The notes beneath the pieces were generated by a model. That model searched no databases and was not told the DNA's origin. It was given only the letters and a program-made list of their open reading frames with translations. DNA of 25,242 nucleotides, taken from the NCBI GenBank assembly GCA_938091905.1, contig CALKOM010000209.1, forward strand, positions 1-25,242, given 5' to 3'. The stretch is from an uncultured Verrucomicrobiales bacterium. GTDB taxonomy: Bacteria > Verrucomicrobiota > Verrucomicrobiia > Verrucomicrobiales > DEV007. Position numbers and translations under genes: made by a program. Shown here in pieces: positions 7,392-17,197 of this stretch (within the stretch, counting starts at the first letter, position 1; each line of letters starts with the position of its first letter).

Positions 7392-9410
7392 ATGCTCCGC
7401 GTCATTCACCTCACCCTCCTTTGCCTACTTGTATCAAGGGCTGGTGCAGAGTCGTGGTGGGCCTTCCGGCCACTGAAGCAAGGGTCACCTCCAAATCTTC
7501 CGGGACTCAAGAGCCCAGTTGATCAGTTTGTCCTCAGCCGCTTGCGGGACCAAGGCATGACGTTCGCTCCCAAAGCGTCTCGAGAGACCTTGCTCCGCCG
7601 AGTCTTTGTCACGCTTGTCGGCATGCCTCCTACTTTGGAGGAGGTAGAGGACTTTCTCGGTGCCAATCCAGAGGGAGCCTGGGAGCGACAGATCGATGCT
7701 TTGCTTGAGGATCCGCGCTATGGTGAGCACTGGGCGACGATGTGGCTGGATCTTGTTCGCTACAGTGATAGTGATGGTTGGAATCAAGATGCTTACCGCC
7801 CGCATATCTGGCGCTACCGTGACTACGTGGTCAATGCGTTCAATGACGATAAGCCTTACCCCGAGTTTGTACGTGAGCAGCTCGCAGGTGACGAACTGGA
7901 CGGCGACGATCCTGAGCATCTCGAAGCGGCTGGTTACCTGCGTTTGGGCATTTATGAATACAACCAGCGTGACGTTCGCAATTTGTGGAATGATGTTCTC
8001 AACGAGATCACGGATACTACGGGAGATGTATTCTTGGGAATGAGCGTTGCCTGTGCGCGCTGTCATGATCACAAGTTCGATGACATCACGCAGAAGGATT
8101 ATTTCAAACTGCGTGCCTTCTTTGAGCCGATCATCTGGCGGGACGACCTCACAGCGTCCACGGCCAATGAAAAGGAACGCTACGCCCAACAGATGCGGAA
8201 ATGGGAAGCGGCGACGAAGGCTATCCGTGAAGAGATTGCAGATTTACTGAAACCCTATCATGAGCGCAAGTGGAAGTCCACGGTGGACAAGTTTCCACTC
8301 GATATTCAGGCCTGCTTCCACAAGCCCGTGGATGAACGTGACTCGTTGGAGCACCAGATGGCCTATCTGGTGGCCAGGCAGTTTGAGGAAGAGGGTGGAG
8401 GACCACTCAAGAACATGAAGAAGGAAGACGAGGCGACTTACGAATCTTTGAAGAAGTCTCTCGCTACCTACGATAAATTGAAGCCGAAGCCCTTGCCTCC
8501 AGTGATGACCGCGACGGCTTTTGATGGGACTCATTCGCCCACGGTGATTCCCGAAAAGTCGGAAATGGTCTCTCCTGGGTTCCTTTCTGCGATGGCAGAT
8601 GATTCCAGCATCGGTTCTCAAAAGAGCCGCCTTTCTCTAGCCAAATGGATTGCCGATCCTAACAACCCGTTGACCACGCGTGTTCTCGTCAACCGCATTT
8701 GGCAGCAGCATTTCGGTGAGGGCCTTGTGTCCACCGCCAGTGACTTTGGCCGGAAGGGACAACGCGCCTCTCATCCAGAACTCCTGGACTGGCTTGCTCA
8801 TGAGTTCGTTCGCAATGGATGGAGCATCAAACAGCTCCATCGAATCATTCTTCGTTCTTGGACTTGGCAACAGTCGACCAGTCACCCAGAAGCGCGAGAC
8901 TATCAGAAACGTGACCCAGAGGAAAAACTGCTTTGGCGGGCACGGGTACGTCGCCTATCAGCCGAGGGAGTTAGAGATTCCATGCTCGTGCTCAGTGGGG
9001 AATTGCTAGATGAGGTTGGCGGACCGGGAGTAGATGAGGACGTGCCACGGCGGGCACTCTACGTGAAGCGTTTCCGCAATGACAATGACACGTTCCTTCA
9101 TGCATTTGACATGACGCCAGGGCTCAAGAGCACGCCTCAGCGTAATGAGACAACAACACCGACGCAGGCACTCACGATGATCAACGGTGATTACGTCATG
9201 GAGCGGGCCAAGGCGTGGTCCAGGCGTCTCCAGGATGATGAACGGTCTGAACACTGGTTGGTGCGGGAAGCGATGCACCAGGCTTGGGGCCGCAAGCCCT
9301 TGCCTGATGAATTCCACTCAGCGATGACTTTTATTGAGACATCCCAAGGCTCGTGGACGGATTTCTGTCACGTCCTGCTGAACTCGAACGAATTCCTCTA
9401 TATTCACTAA
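7392..9410 (+). CDS. DUF1549 + DUF1553 (PSCyt2/PSD1) domain exported protein
   Basis: Signal peptide; WWAFRPL, PVDQFV, LLRRVFVTLVGMPPT, YGEHWATMWLDLVRYSD, WRYRDYVV, EQLAGD, CARCHDHKFD (CxxCH), NPLTTRVLVNRIWQQHFGEGLV, SHPELLDWLA, TTPTQAL, LLNSNEFLY. Confidence 0.93.
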   Translation: MLRVIHLTLLCLLVSRAGAESWWAFRPLKQGSPPNLPGLKSPVDQFVLSRLRDQGMTFAPKASRETLLRRVFVTLVGMPPTLEEVEDFLGANPEGAWERQIDALLEDPRYGEHWATMWLDLVRYSDSDGWNQDAYRPHIWRYRDYVVNAFNDDKPYPEFVREQLAGDELDGDDPEHLEAAGYLRLGIYEYNQRDVRNLWNDVLNEITDTTGDVFLGMSVACARCHDHKFDDITQKDYFKLRAFFEPIIWRDDLTASTANEKERYAQQMRKWEAATKAIREEIADLLKPYHERKWKSTVDKFPLDIQACFHKPVDERDSLEHQMAYLVARQFEEEGGGPLKNMKKEDEATYESLKKSLATYDKLKPKPLPPVMTATAFDGTHSPTVIPEKSEMVSPGFLSAMADDSSIGSQKSRLSLAKWIADPNNPLTTRVLVNRIWQQHFGEGLVSTASDFGRKGQRASHPELLDWLAHEFVRNGWSIKQLHRIILRSWTWQQSTSHPEARDYQKRDPEEKLLWRARVRRLSAEGVRDSMLVLSGELLDEVGGPGVDEDVPRRALYVKRFRNDNDTFLHAFDMTPGLKSTPQRNETTTPTQALTMINGDYVMERAKAWSRRLQDDERSEHWLVREAMHQAWGRKPLPDEFHSAMTFIETSQGSWTDFCHVLLNSNEFLYIH

Positions 9411-9414
9411 CATC

Positions 9415-10803
9415 ATGGTTTTTAATCGGCGCGAATTTCTTCAAACCAGCGGTGCTGGTTTCGGTTCTGTGGCGCTGCAATGGATGCTTCATCAAGAGTC
9501 TCAGGGCTCTCCTCATCCGTTGGTGCATCATGCAGCGAAGGCTAAACAGGTCATCTTTCTGTTCATGGAAGGTGGGCCGAGCCACCTGGACCTACTCGAT
9601 CGCAAGCCTCTGTTAGAGAAGCTGTCAGGACAGTCCCTGCCTCCTAGCTTCAAGGAACCGATCACTGCGATGGGGGAGAAAGGGGCAGCTCTACTCGCTG
9701 CGCCTCGGACCTGGAAACGCCATGGTCAGAGCGGTCTTTGGGCATCCGAGTGGATGCCTCACATTGCGACCTGCATGGATGACATCGCTGTGTTGAAGTC
9801 TTGTTGGACGAACGGGATCAATCACGCGGGTGGTGTTTGTCAGATGAACACCTGCATCAATTTCGCGGGGCGGCCATCTTTGGGTTCCTGGGTTAATTAC
9901 GGTTTGGGCACCGCCAATGAGAACCTGCCGAGTTTCGTGGTGCTTTGTGATAATAAAGGGCGCCCGGTCAACGGCTCGCGCAATTGGGGTAGCGGTTTTA
10001 TGCCAGCGACGCATCAGGGAGTACGGATTCGGGGTGGTGAAGGCGAGCCTATTGCGGACCTGGATCCGCCCGCCGAGTGTCCGGAAGATCGACAGCGGGC
10101 GAAACTAGCGCTGTTACAGAAGTTCAATTATTTGCATGCCTCGACTTTCCCGCAGAAGAGCGAGCTTGAGGCACGAATCCGGAGTTACGAGTTGGCCTTT
10201 CGCATGCAAGCGGAAGCTCCTGAGGCAGTTGATCTGGCCGACGAAAGTGAAGCGACGAAAGCGCTCTATGGCATGGACCATCGCGATACAGAGGCCTTCG
10301 GCCGCAATTGTCTCTTGGCGCGTCGCCTTGTCGAGCGAGGGGTCAGGTTTGTAGAACTCTACAGTGGTACGGGGAGTAAATGGGATTCTCATACCGGAAT
10401 CGAGACGAACCACTCGCGTCTCTGTCGTTCAATGGATAAGCCTGTGGCCGGGCTACTCAAGGATCTCAAGCGACGTGGCCTCCTCGAGGAAACGTTGGTG
10501 GTATGGGGTGGCGAATTTGGCCGTACCCCCATGAGTGAGAAAGGAGATGGCCGTGATCACAACCCAACTGGCTTCTCCATGTGGATGGCTGGAGGTGGGG
10601 TCAAAGGGGGGCAAGCCATCGGTGCGACGGATGAACTGGGTCTTTACGCGGTTAAGGATCGAATGCACGTGCATGACATCCATGCCTCCATTCTTTGGCT
10701 GCTCGGCCTTGATAATATGGCCCTAACGTATGATCACAAAGGTCGACCCGAGCGTCCTACGATCAACGAAGGCGATTTTAACCGAAAACTGATCGGCGCC
10801 TAA
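9415..10803 (+). CDS. DUF1501 domain protein (Tat-type signal)
   Basis: NRREFLQ twin-arginine motif; AKQVIFLFMEGGPSHLD, RPSLGSWVNYGLG, YELAFRMQ, CLLARRLVERGVRFV, WDSH, WGGEFGRTP, GRDHNP. Starts 4 nt after its usual DUF1553 partner. Confidence 0.95.
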   Translation: MVFNRREFLQTSGAGFGSVALQWMLHQESQGSPHPLVHHAAKAKQVIFLFMEGGPSHLDLLDRKPLLEKLSGQSLPPSFKEPITAMGEKGAALLAAPRTWKRHGQSGLWASEWMPHIATCMDDIAVLKSCWTNGINHAGGVCQMNTCINFAGRPSLGSWVNYGLGTANENLPSFVVLCDNKGRPVNGSRNWGSGFMPATHQGVRIRGGEGEPIADLDPPAECPEDRQRAKLALLQKFNYLHASTFPQKSELEARIRSYELAFRMQAEAPEAVDLADESEATKALYGMDHRDTEAFGRNCLLARRLVERGVRFVELYSGTGSKWDSHTGIETNHSRLCRSMDKPVAGLLKDLKRRGLLEETLVVWGGEFGRTPMSEKGDGRDHNPTGFSMWMAGGGVKGGQAIGATDELGLYAVKDRMHVHDIHASILWLLGLDNMALTYDHKGRPERPTINEGDFNRKLIGA

Positions 10804-10804
10804 C

Positions 10805-11995
10805 CTAATAGAAGATACTCTTCTCGGAACCAATCTCCTCGTTTCGGTGGATCCACACACTTTCCACTAGACCCATGAGGAACATGCACGTGACGACAAA
10901 CGTGCCTCCATAACTAACGAACGGGAGGGGGACCCCTGTAATAGGCACTATCTGGATGCACATGCCTATATTCATGAACACATGCCAAAAAAGAATCGAG
11001 ACTGCTCCCGTGACGAGCAAACGCCCTGTTTGGTCGCGGCTATAAAACCCGATGTAGAGACATTGCAGCAAGAGGAGGAGGAAAGCCGTGATCATGATCA
11101 TGGACCCGCGAAAACCATGTTCTTCACCGATGGTTCCAAAGATAAAGTCTGAAAGGTCGGGCTCAGAATCCACCAATCCCAATTCGCTCATCGTCTTTGC
11201 GTCAGGATTCTTCGCTTTGATTCGAGAGCCCTTGTGGCCTTTGCCTTCCCACCCTGCTGAACCGATCGCCATCATTAGACGAACGCTAGAAAACGCATCG
11301 CCACGGGTGTCAAGTTCCTCACCCTTCAACGCTTGGATCAACACCTGGATCCGGGGTTTCTGGTGAGGCTTGAGTCCAAACCAATACACCAATGGCATGG
11401 CGATGAGAGCGAGCAGCGTTAGAACCGTGAGGTAGCGAAAGGGGATATTGGCAACCAGCAGCATGAAAGCTGTCATTGGCCCCCAGACACTTGCTGATCC
11501 CATGTCTGGCTCTTTCAAAACGAGGGCCATGGGGATGGCTACAAGGCCTAAAGAAATGGCCATCCGCAGCATGTGATTCCGGAAGACGGGGTGCAGTCGG
11601 TGAAGCTCACCCAAGGTAACAGACAGGACTAGGACGCCGCTGATGAGTGCAATCTGAGAAGGTTGGATCGAATTGCTCCCAATCATGATCCAACTGGTGG
11701 CCCCGTTGAGGGTCTTTCCAATGAACGGCAAAGCAAGGAGCAGACCCATCGCTCCGAGATAGGCTGGCAATGCCAGATACCGAATCCAGCGGTAGTCAAC
11801 GAGGCTGGTGATGAGGAAGATCGGGGTGCCGACGATGATCCATTTAATCTGTTTCCTCCAGAATTCCTGGTCCTCGACTGCGGGATCGCCGTAGGCAGCG
11901 CTATAGATGGCGAAGATTCCGAAGATCATCAATCCGGTCATGGTGATGGCCACGACCCAGTTGATGCCTAGGATCTTTCGGAAGAGCGGACTCAT
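10805..11995 (-). CDS. rodA: SEDS-family peptidoglycan glycosyltransferase, RodA-like
   Basis: GIFAIYSA, GATSWI, IQPSQ, LKEPDMGSA, LKPHQKPRI, AIGSAGWEGKG, SDFIFGTIGEEHGF, NIGMCIQIVPITGVPLPFVSYGGT. The pattern fits RodA better than FtsW. Confidence 0.88.
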   Translation of the reverse strand: MSPLFRKILGINWVVAITMTGLMIFGIFAIYSAAYGDPAVEDQEFWRKQIKWIIVGTPIFLITSLVDYRWIRYLALPAYLGAMGLLLALPFIGKTLNGATSWIMIGSNSIQPSQIALISGVLVLSVTLGELHRLHPVFRNHMLRMAISLGLVAIPMALVLKEPDMGSASVWGPMTAFMLLVANIPFRYLTVLTLLALIAMPLVYWFGLKPHQKPRIQVLIQALKGEELDTRGDAFSSVRLMMAIGSAGWEGKGHKGSRIKAKNPDAKTMSELGLVDSEPDLSDFIFGTIGEEHGFRGSMIMITAFLLLLLQCLYIGFYSRDQTGRLLVTGAVSILFWHVFMNIGMCIQIVPITGVPLPFVSYGGTFVVTCMFLMGLVESVWIHRNEEIGSEKSIFY

Positions 11996-12007
11996 GTGCA
12001 GGAGGGC

Positions 12008-12035
12008 AGACTAGCGGTGCGCTGGGTCATGGCAA
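12008..12035 (-). promoter_or_regulatory. Sigma70-like promoter for rodA
   Basis: Minus strand TTGCCA-16 nt-TAGTCT, ending 12 nt before the ATG, with no Shine-Dalgarno. Confidence 0.45.
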
Positions 12036-12188
12036 CGGGAAAACACCCGCCATCAAGGCCTTGCTTGAAGCTTTATTTCAGAAACACAAAGAAAGTCGAT
12101 GCACACGAGAACGCGCTGATTAGATTCCCGATGGTGTCCTTGGGGGGTGGGCTTCTGGGGATGCAGTTAACCTCAAATAACTACAGCG

Positions 12189-12860
12189 ATGAAGATACTT
12201 GGATGTATGCCATGGATCGCGGTGGGAACGTGCCTAGCACTTACGTCTTGCCGCGAAGAGATTGATGAAGGTCCAACGGAAGCAGAGATCTTGGCCGAAC
12301 TGAAAGCGGAAAAACTGAAGGAGGCTGGGGAGCGGGAGCAGGCGCGTAAGGCGTCCGTCGAGAAGTTGATGGAGACCATGCGAAGAGAGCAATTGGCGGT
12401 TGTCTCTCGAGAACAGGCTGAAGCATCTGTTCCCGCTCTTGAAGAGGGGCGCCAAGCTGAGGGGCCCGCTCCTCTTAATTCCGCAAAGCCTACTTCTGGT
12501 TCTGAGCGGAGCAAAGCTGCTGAGTTGGCTTATGCTCGGGCCAATGACCTGGCTGATCGCCGAGATCAACTCAAGAAGATGCGGGGAACCATCATTAATC
12601 TAAAAGCGAAGCGTCAGGCTATGGAAGAGCACATTTCTGACCACTCGGTCAAGCTGAAGGAGGCGGAATTAGCTGCCGAGATTGCCCGTCATGGAGATCC
12701 GGCATCTAGAATTAGGTTGGCTGGGTCGGATACCCGAAAAACGGCTGCTGCTGATGCTGTAGTTAGTAAGATCAAGGCTCAGATCCGCAAGTTGCAGCAG
12801 TCGTGTGATGGCTTCAGCGATGCCATCGCTGAGCAGAAGGCTGCGATCAACAGCCTCTGA
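12189..12860 (+). CDS. Hypothetical lipoprotein, coiled-coil rich
   Basis: MKILGCMPWIAVGTCLALTSC lipobox-like signal, followed by long E/K/A/R-rich helical segments. Confidence 0.75.
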   Translation: MKILGCMPWIAVGTCLALTSCREEIDEGPTEAEILAELKAEKLKEAGEREQARKASVEKLMETMRREQLAVVSREQAEASVPALEEGRQAEGPAPLNSAKPTSGSERSKAAELAYARANDLADRRDQLKKMRGTIINLKAKRQAMEEHISDHSVKLKEAELAAEIARHGDPASRIRLAGSDTRKTAAADAVVSKIKAQIRKLQQSCDGFSDAIAEQKAAINSL

Positions 12861-12899
12861 AGACAGGTCGACTTTAGCCCGCCAAGGGTGAGTATACGC

Positions 12900-12920
12900 G
12901 AGCGGGCTTCAAGCCCGCTC
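12900..12920. terminator. Stem-loop, possible intrinsic terminator or operator
   Basis: GAGCGGGCT-TCA-AGCCCGCTC followed by a weak T-rich tail ATTTCGTGTTGTTT, 40 nt after the lipoprotein stop and 19 nt before the next ATG. Confidence 0.45.
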
Positions 12921-12939
12921 ATTTCGTGTTGTTTCCCCT

Positions 12940-14118
12940 ATGAAAACGCTTTTCTTAGTCCTAACGCTTGTCTTTGTTACCTGTAATAGTTGTTTGGCTC
13001 TCGAAGAAAGCCCGCCACCCGAAGAGAGCCCGGTTCTCTACGAGGAGCTTTCCAAGACCTTGATCAAACAGACAGGGACGGGCATTTCACCGGTAATTGG
13101 TCTGAGCTATTTCCTTCTGACGGGCGATCCTACGGTGGAAAAATACAAACCATGGATTTGGGGTGTTCTTGTGTTGTTAGGAGCGGTGCTTTTAAAAGAT
13201 GTCGGCGGAACGTTTGTTCCCGGAGTTTTGAAGAAGCCACTTGATGCGGTTGAGCTCTTCCAGAATCAAGGACTGGGTGTCCTCTGTGCGGCACTGCTAG
13301 TGCCCGACTTTCATCAGAAGCTTTACGCGGTGATGGAGCGACACGTTCCCGCCGTGGAATGGGTAGGCGGAGGGGGCGGGCAGTTTATCTTGGCTGCGGC
13401 AGGTTCCGAAGGTGTCCTGCACTTCCTGACACTCCCCCTATCGATCACCGTCTTTGTTGCCGTTTGGCTTCTTTCGAATGCAATCAATGCTCTCATCCTG
13501 CTTTCTCCGTTCTCCTTGGTCGATGCCTGTCTCAAGTCGATCAAGGTTGTCGGCTTGTCCTTGCTGGCGGGGCTAAGCGCCATTTATCCCTATGCTGGGG
13601 CGGCGCTTTCCCTTGTCATCGTCGTGGTGGCTCTTTGCCTGGCCGGAAAAGCGTTTCGTCTCTATCACTTCGGAATGATCTTCGCTTGGGACATTCTCAC
13701 TCGAAGGCACAAGCGATTCGAGCCGCATTCGGAGCACGTCATGGTCTTTCTTGATCAGGAGCTCGCAGAGGTGCCAGCACGAACTTATGGGCGTTTGAGC
13801 CCTGATCCAACTCCCGGCCAGTGGCGTTTCACCTATCGACCATGGCTCGTTCTGCCACAATCCTCGGTTGTCATTTCCCTCGATCCGCGACCGAAGTTGG
13901 GGCGAGGCATCGTCCATGCCACGATCGAGATGTCGGAGGATGATGGAAATCTCGATACCTATTTCCATCTTTCGCCGAGGTGCCGTGGCCACGAGCAAAC
14001 GATTGGGGAACGTCTCGAATTAGAGGTGGTTGATATAGGGCTCCGTCGTGGATTCGCTGTCGCATGTCGATGGATCAAGGCGGCCTTCCGCAAGACGCGA
14101 GCGGTGGCAGCGGTCTAG
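12940..14118 (+). CDS. Hypothetical polytopic membrane protein with a soluble C-terminal domain (N-half loosely DUF4126-like)
   Basis: 392-aa ORF with a signal peptide, several TM helices and a beta-rich C-terminus. The stop overlaps the convergent sulfatase stop (CTAG, 14115-14118). The family call is tentative. Confidence 0.75.
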   Translation: MKTLFLVLTLVFVTCNSCLALEESPPPEESPVLYEELSKTLIKQTGTGISPVIGLSYFLLTGDPTVEKYKPWIWGVLVLLGAVLLKDVGGTFVPGVLKKPLDAVELFQNQGLGVLCAALLVPDFHQKLYAVMERHVPAVEWVGGGGGQFILAAAGSEGVLHFLTLPLSITVFVAVWLLSNAINALILLSPFSLVDACLKSIKVVGLSLLAGLSAIYPYAGAALSLVIVVVALCLAGKAFRLYHFGMIFAWDILTRRHKRFEPHSEHVMVFLDQELAEVPARTYGRLSPDPTPGQWRFTYRPWLVLPQSSVVISLDPRPKLGRGIVHATIEMSEDDGNLDTYFHLSPRCRGHEQTIGERLELEVVDIGLRRGFAVACRWIKAAFRKTRAVAAV

Positions 14119-15656
14119 GGCAACTTCAACGGCTCTGGTTGTCCCGTTTGCCGATTCGTTGGCCAATGAGCGGTCAACGTCATCAGTCGGTTTCGCAAGG
14201 CCGTCGCCAGTTTGGCTAGGTGCGCGGGCTCACTCTTCGCCAGATTCGTCGTTTCGCCAATGTCTTGATCTACATGATAGAGTTCCCATTGCGAGTTCTC
14301 GTAGAAGTAGATCGCTTTCCAACCGTCCTGTCGGATGCTGCTGTGTGGCTGGTAGCCGCCTCGGGGCTTGCCCGTCCACTGGTGTGGATAGTGAAAGACG
14401 AGTGGGCGTGGATCTGGATTGGCAACTAGGATTGCGAGCGTGAGATCGACGCCGTCGACGCCAAGGTTCTCCTGACTGACTCCCGCTGCCCAATGCAGGA
14501 TCGTTGGATAGAAGTCTTCGACGAGCACGGGCGCGTTCGTCTTGCTTGCAGACATGATCGGATTGCGTTGTTGGTGCATGTTACGGCGATCTACCTTTGC
14601 CCACGCCACGATCATGGGAATGCGCGTCCCGCCGTCATAGGCAGACCCTTTCCCTTCACGAAGTGGCCAGCAGTGGGTGTCACGGCCAGTGCCTCGAGGG
14701 GTCTTCTTGCGGGAGTGATAGGACAGCCCTCCGTTGTCTGACGCAAAGAGAACCAGCGTATCTTCGGCGATTCCTAATTGATCAAGGCTATCGAGAACAT
14801 GTCCCAGCGACGCATCCATGCCTTCTATCATGGATGCGTAGATGGCTTCGGCTTGTGGAATCTTGATGTCCGTGCCTGGATAGGTCTTACCTTCGTAATT
14901 TGCTAGGTAGCGTGGGTGTGCTTGCAGCGGCGTGTGGACCGCGTAGTGAGCTAGGTTGAGAAAGAAGGGCTTCTCAGCCCGCACCGCATCGGCGACTGCC
15001 TTGATCGCCTCTGTCGTGGTGGCTTCTGTGAGGTGTGTTTCTGTCCCGTGATAGATATCCAACCCCGGGACGTCCCAAACACTGTTCTCCTTCTTACCAA
15101 AGTTCTGTTGGCCATGATAGTGGCCGGGCGCTCCCGCCGCGTGCCCACCGATGTTCACATCGTAACCTAACTGGAGGGGGTCGGCTCCAGCAGTGTCGAC
15201 GCCTCCCCAGTGAGCTTTCCCGGCATGGATCGTTCGATAGCCAAAGTCGTCTCGTAATCGTTCTGGCAGTGTCTTGTGAGGACCGGGCTGTAAGCCCTGG
15301 CGCTTCCATTCCTCCGGTGCTTCGAGACGCGGCGTCTTTCCTGAGGTCTCGCCACGCAATGTCCAGTTCGTGGTCCCATGCCTGGCGGCGTTCAGACCAG
15401 TCATGATCGACACCCGACTTGGCGTGCAGACAGCGCAGGCGTGGGCATTTGTGAACTTTCGCCCTTGCTTGGCCAGGCGCTCCATATTCGGCGTGCGGAA
15501 ATGCTGGTTTGCTAGAGTTTTCTCTTTCCAGAACGGCACCGAGGTGTCCTGCCAGCCCATGTCGTCCACCAGGAAGAGCACGACATTCGGTCGCTCGACG
15601 GCAATTGCTGAAAGGACTGCGAGGCCCTGAAGGGCCAAGGTGAGTAAGATTCGCAT
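14115..15656 (-). CDS. Formylglycine-dependent (S1) sulfatase, Cys-type
   Basis: Signal peptide; RPNVVLFLVDDMG, CTPSRVSIMTG, GKAHWG, AHYAVHTP, SDNGG, LREGKGSAYDGGTRIP, ELYHVDQDIGE. Confidence 0.96.
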   Translation of the reverse strand: MRILLTLALQGLAVLSAIAVERPNVVLFLVDDMGWQDTSVPFWKEKTLANQHFRTPNMERLAKQGRKFTNAHACAVCTPSRVSIMTGLNAARHGTTNWTLRGETSGKTPRLEAPEEWKRQGLQPGPHKTLPERLRDDFGYRTIHAGKAHWGGVDTAGADPLQLGYDVNIGGHAAGAPGHYHGQQNFGKKENSVWDVPGLDIYHGTETHLTEATTTEAIKAVADAVRAEKPFFLNLAHYAVHTPLQAHPRYLANYEGKTYPGTDIKIPQAEAIYASMIEGMDASLGHVLDSLDQLGIAEDTLVLFASDNGGLSYHSRKKTPRGTGRDTHCWPLREGKGSAYDGGTRIPMIVAWAKVDRRNMHQQRNPIMSASKTNAPVLVEDFYPTILHWAAGVSQENLGVDGVDLTLAILVANPDPRPLVFHYPHQWTGKPRGGYQPHSSIRQDGWKAIYFYENSQWELYHVDQDIGETTNLAKSEPAHLAKLATALRNRLMTLTAHWPTNRQTGQPEPLKLP

Positions 15657-15684
15657 GCCTGGGCCGTATCAGCTCTACTTCAGC

Positions 15685-15714
15685 TTGTCACGTTCTCGCG
15701 CAGAAGCCTAGTGT
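15685..15714 (+). promoter_or_regulatory. Sigma70-like promoter, probably giving a leaderless mRNA for the downstream sulfatase
   Basis: TTGTCA-18 nt-TAGTGT with the ATG (15722) 7 nt after the -10 hexamer and no Shine-Dalgarno. Confidence 0.5.
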
Positions 15715-15721
15715 CGCTCCC

Positions 15722-17191
15722 ATGAAGTTTCTGTTCGCCTTTGTCCTGCTCGTTTTCATTCCCGCTGCTGTTGCCCAGGATCTGAAAGGTTCGCGGCCCA
15801 ACATCATCCTCTTCATGACGGACGATCAAGGCATGGGAGATCTTTCTTGCCTCGGTAATCCGCTGCTCAAGACGCCGAATCTCGATCGGTTTTATAAGGT
15901 CTCGACCCGATTCACGGAGTTCCACGTGAGCCCGACGTGCGCGCCCACGCGGTCGGCGTTGTTGAGTGGACGGCATGAATTTCGCAACGGCGTCACTCAC
16001 ACGATCAAGGAACGCGAACGCATGGCCTTGAGCACAACGACATTTCCGCAGCTCCTTCAGAAGGCGGGTTACGGAACAGGCATCTTTGGTAAATGGCACC
16101 TTGGCGATGAGGATGCTTATCAGCCTTATAATCGTGGGTTCTCGGAAGTCTTCATTCACGGCGCCGGAGGGATTGGACAATCCTATCCTGGCAGTTGTGC
16201 AGACTTCCCGCCAAACCGTGAGAATCGCTACTTCGATTGTCATGTCTTACAGAATGACACGATCGTGAAGACCAAAGGGTTCTGTACTGACGTCTTCTTT
16301 CATGGAGCGCTTGGTTGGATCAAAGCTCAACGCGAGGCGAACAAGTCGCACTTCGCCTACATTTCCACCAATGCCCCTCACGGTCCTATGATTGCGCCTG
16401 AGAGTTACAAGAAGCGTTTCCTCGATCTTGGTTATGATGGCAGCACTGCCGGCCGTTATGGCATGATTGAGAACATCGATGATAATTTCGGTAAACTCAT
16501 GGAGAAGCTCGATGAATGGGAAGCCTGGGACGATACGCTCGTTATCTTTATGACAGACAATGGTCAAGCAGGACGCAATGCGAGGCGCTTTGGTGAGCGC
16601 ACCCCTCTATTCACCGCTGGCTTCAAGACGGGCAAAGGCTCTCCTTATGAAGGCGGCACGCATGTCCCCGCATTCTGGCGTTGGAAAGGCGTCCTGGGCG
16701 AGGGCGTGGACATCCCGGCACTCACCGCGCACATCGATCTTTTTAACACGTTCAGCGAGCTTTGTGGTGCGGACATTCCCGGTGACATCCAGAAGATTGA
16801 TGGGCGGTCGATGCTTACGTTGCTAAAAGACCCAAAAGCGCCGTGGAAAGATCGTCTCCTATACACGCACAAGGGCCGATGGGAGAAGGGGGCTGACCCC
16901 AATCTGAGCAAATTCAAGAGCTGCGCGGTGCGTTCGCAGCGCTGGCGTTTCGTCAACAACAAGGAACTCTACGATCTCGCCGTGGATCCTTACGAAATGA
17001 CCAACGTCATCGAGAAGTATCCCCAAGTAGTCGCCGAGTTTCGCAAAGCCTACGATCAATGGTGGGAAGAAACGCTCCCGCTTATGGTGAATGAGGAGGT
17101 GCCCTTTGCCCCTCATCAACCGCAAACGGTGCGCTATGAGAAGCAGCTTAAAGACAAGGGAATACCCGACTGGGAAGTCCCCACGCTTTAA
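15722..17191 (+). CDS. Arylsulfatase-like S1 sulfatase, Cys-type
   Basis: Signal peptide; RPNIILFMTDDQG, CAPTRSALLSG, FGKWHLG, NAPHGP, TDNG, KGSPYEGGTHVP, ELYDLAVDPYE. Confidence 0.96.
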   Translation: MKFLFAFVLLVFIPAAVAQDLKGSRPNIILFMTDDQGMGDLSCLGNPLLKTPNLDRFYKVSTRFTEFHVSPTCAPTRSALLSGRHEFRNGVTHTIKERERMALSTTTFPQLLQKAGYGTGIFGKWHLGDEDAYQPYNRGFSEVFIHGAGGIGQSYPGSCADFPPNRENRYFDCHVLQNDTIVKTKGFCTDVFFHGALGWIKAQREANKSHFAYISTNAPHGPMIAPESYKKRFLDLGYDGSTAGRYGMIENIDDNFGKLMEKLDEWEAWDDTLVIFMTDNGQAGRNARRFGERTPLFTAGFKTGKGSPYEGGTHVPAFWRWKGVLGEGVDIPALTAHIDLFNTFSELCGADIPGDIQKIDGRSMLTLLKDPKAPWKDRLLYTHKGRWEKGADPNLSKFKSCAVRSQRWRFVNNKELYDLAVDPYEMTNVIEKYPQVVAEFRKAYDQWWEETLPLMVNEEVPFAPHQPQTVRYEKQLKDKGIPDWEVPTL

Positions 17192-17197
17192 CATGTA

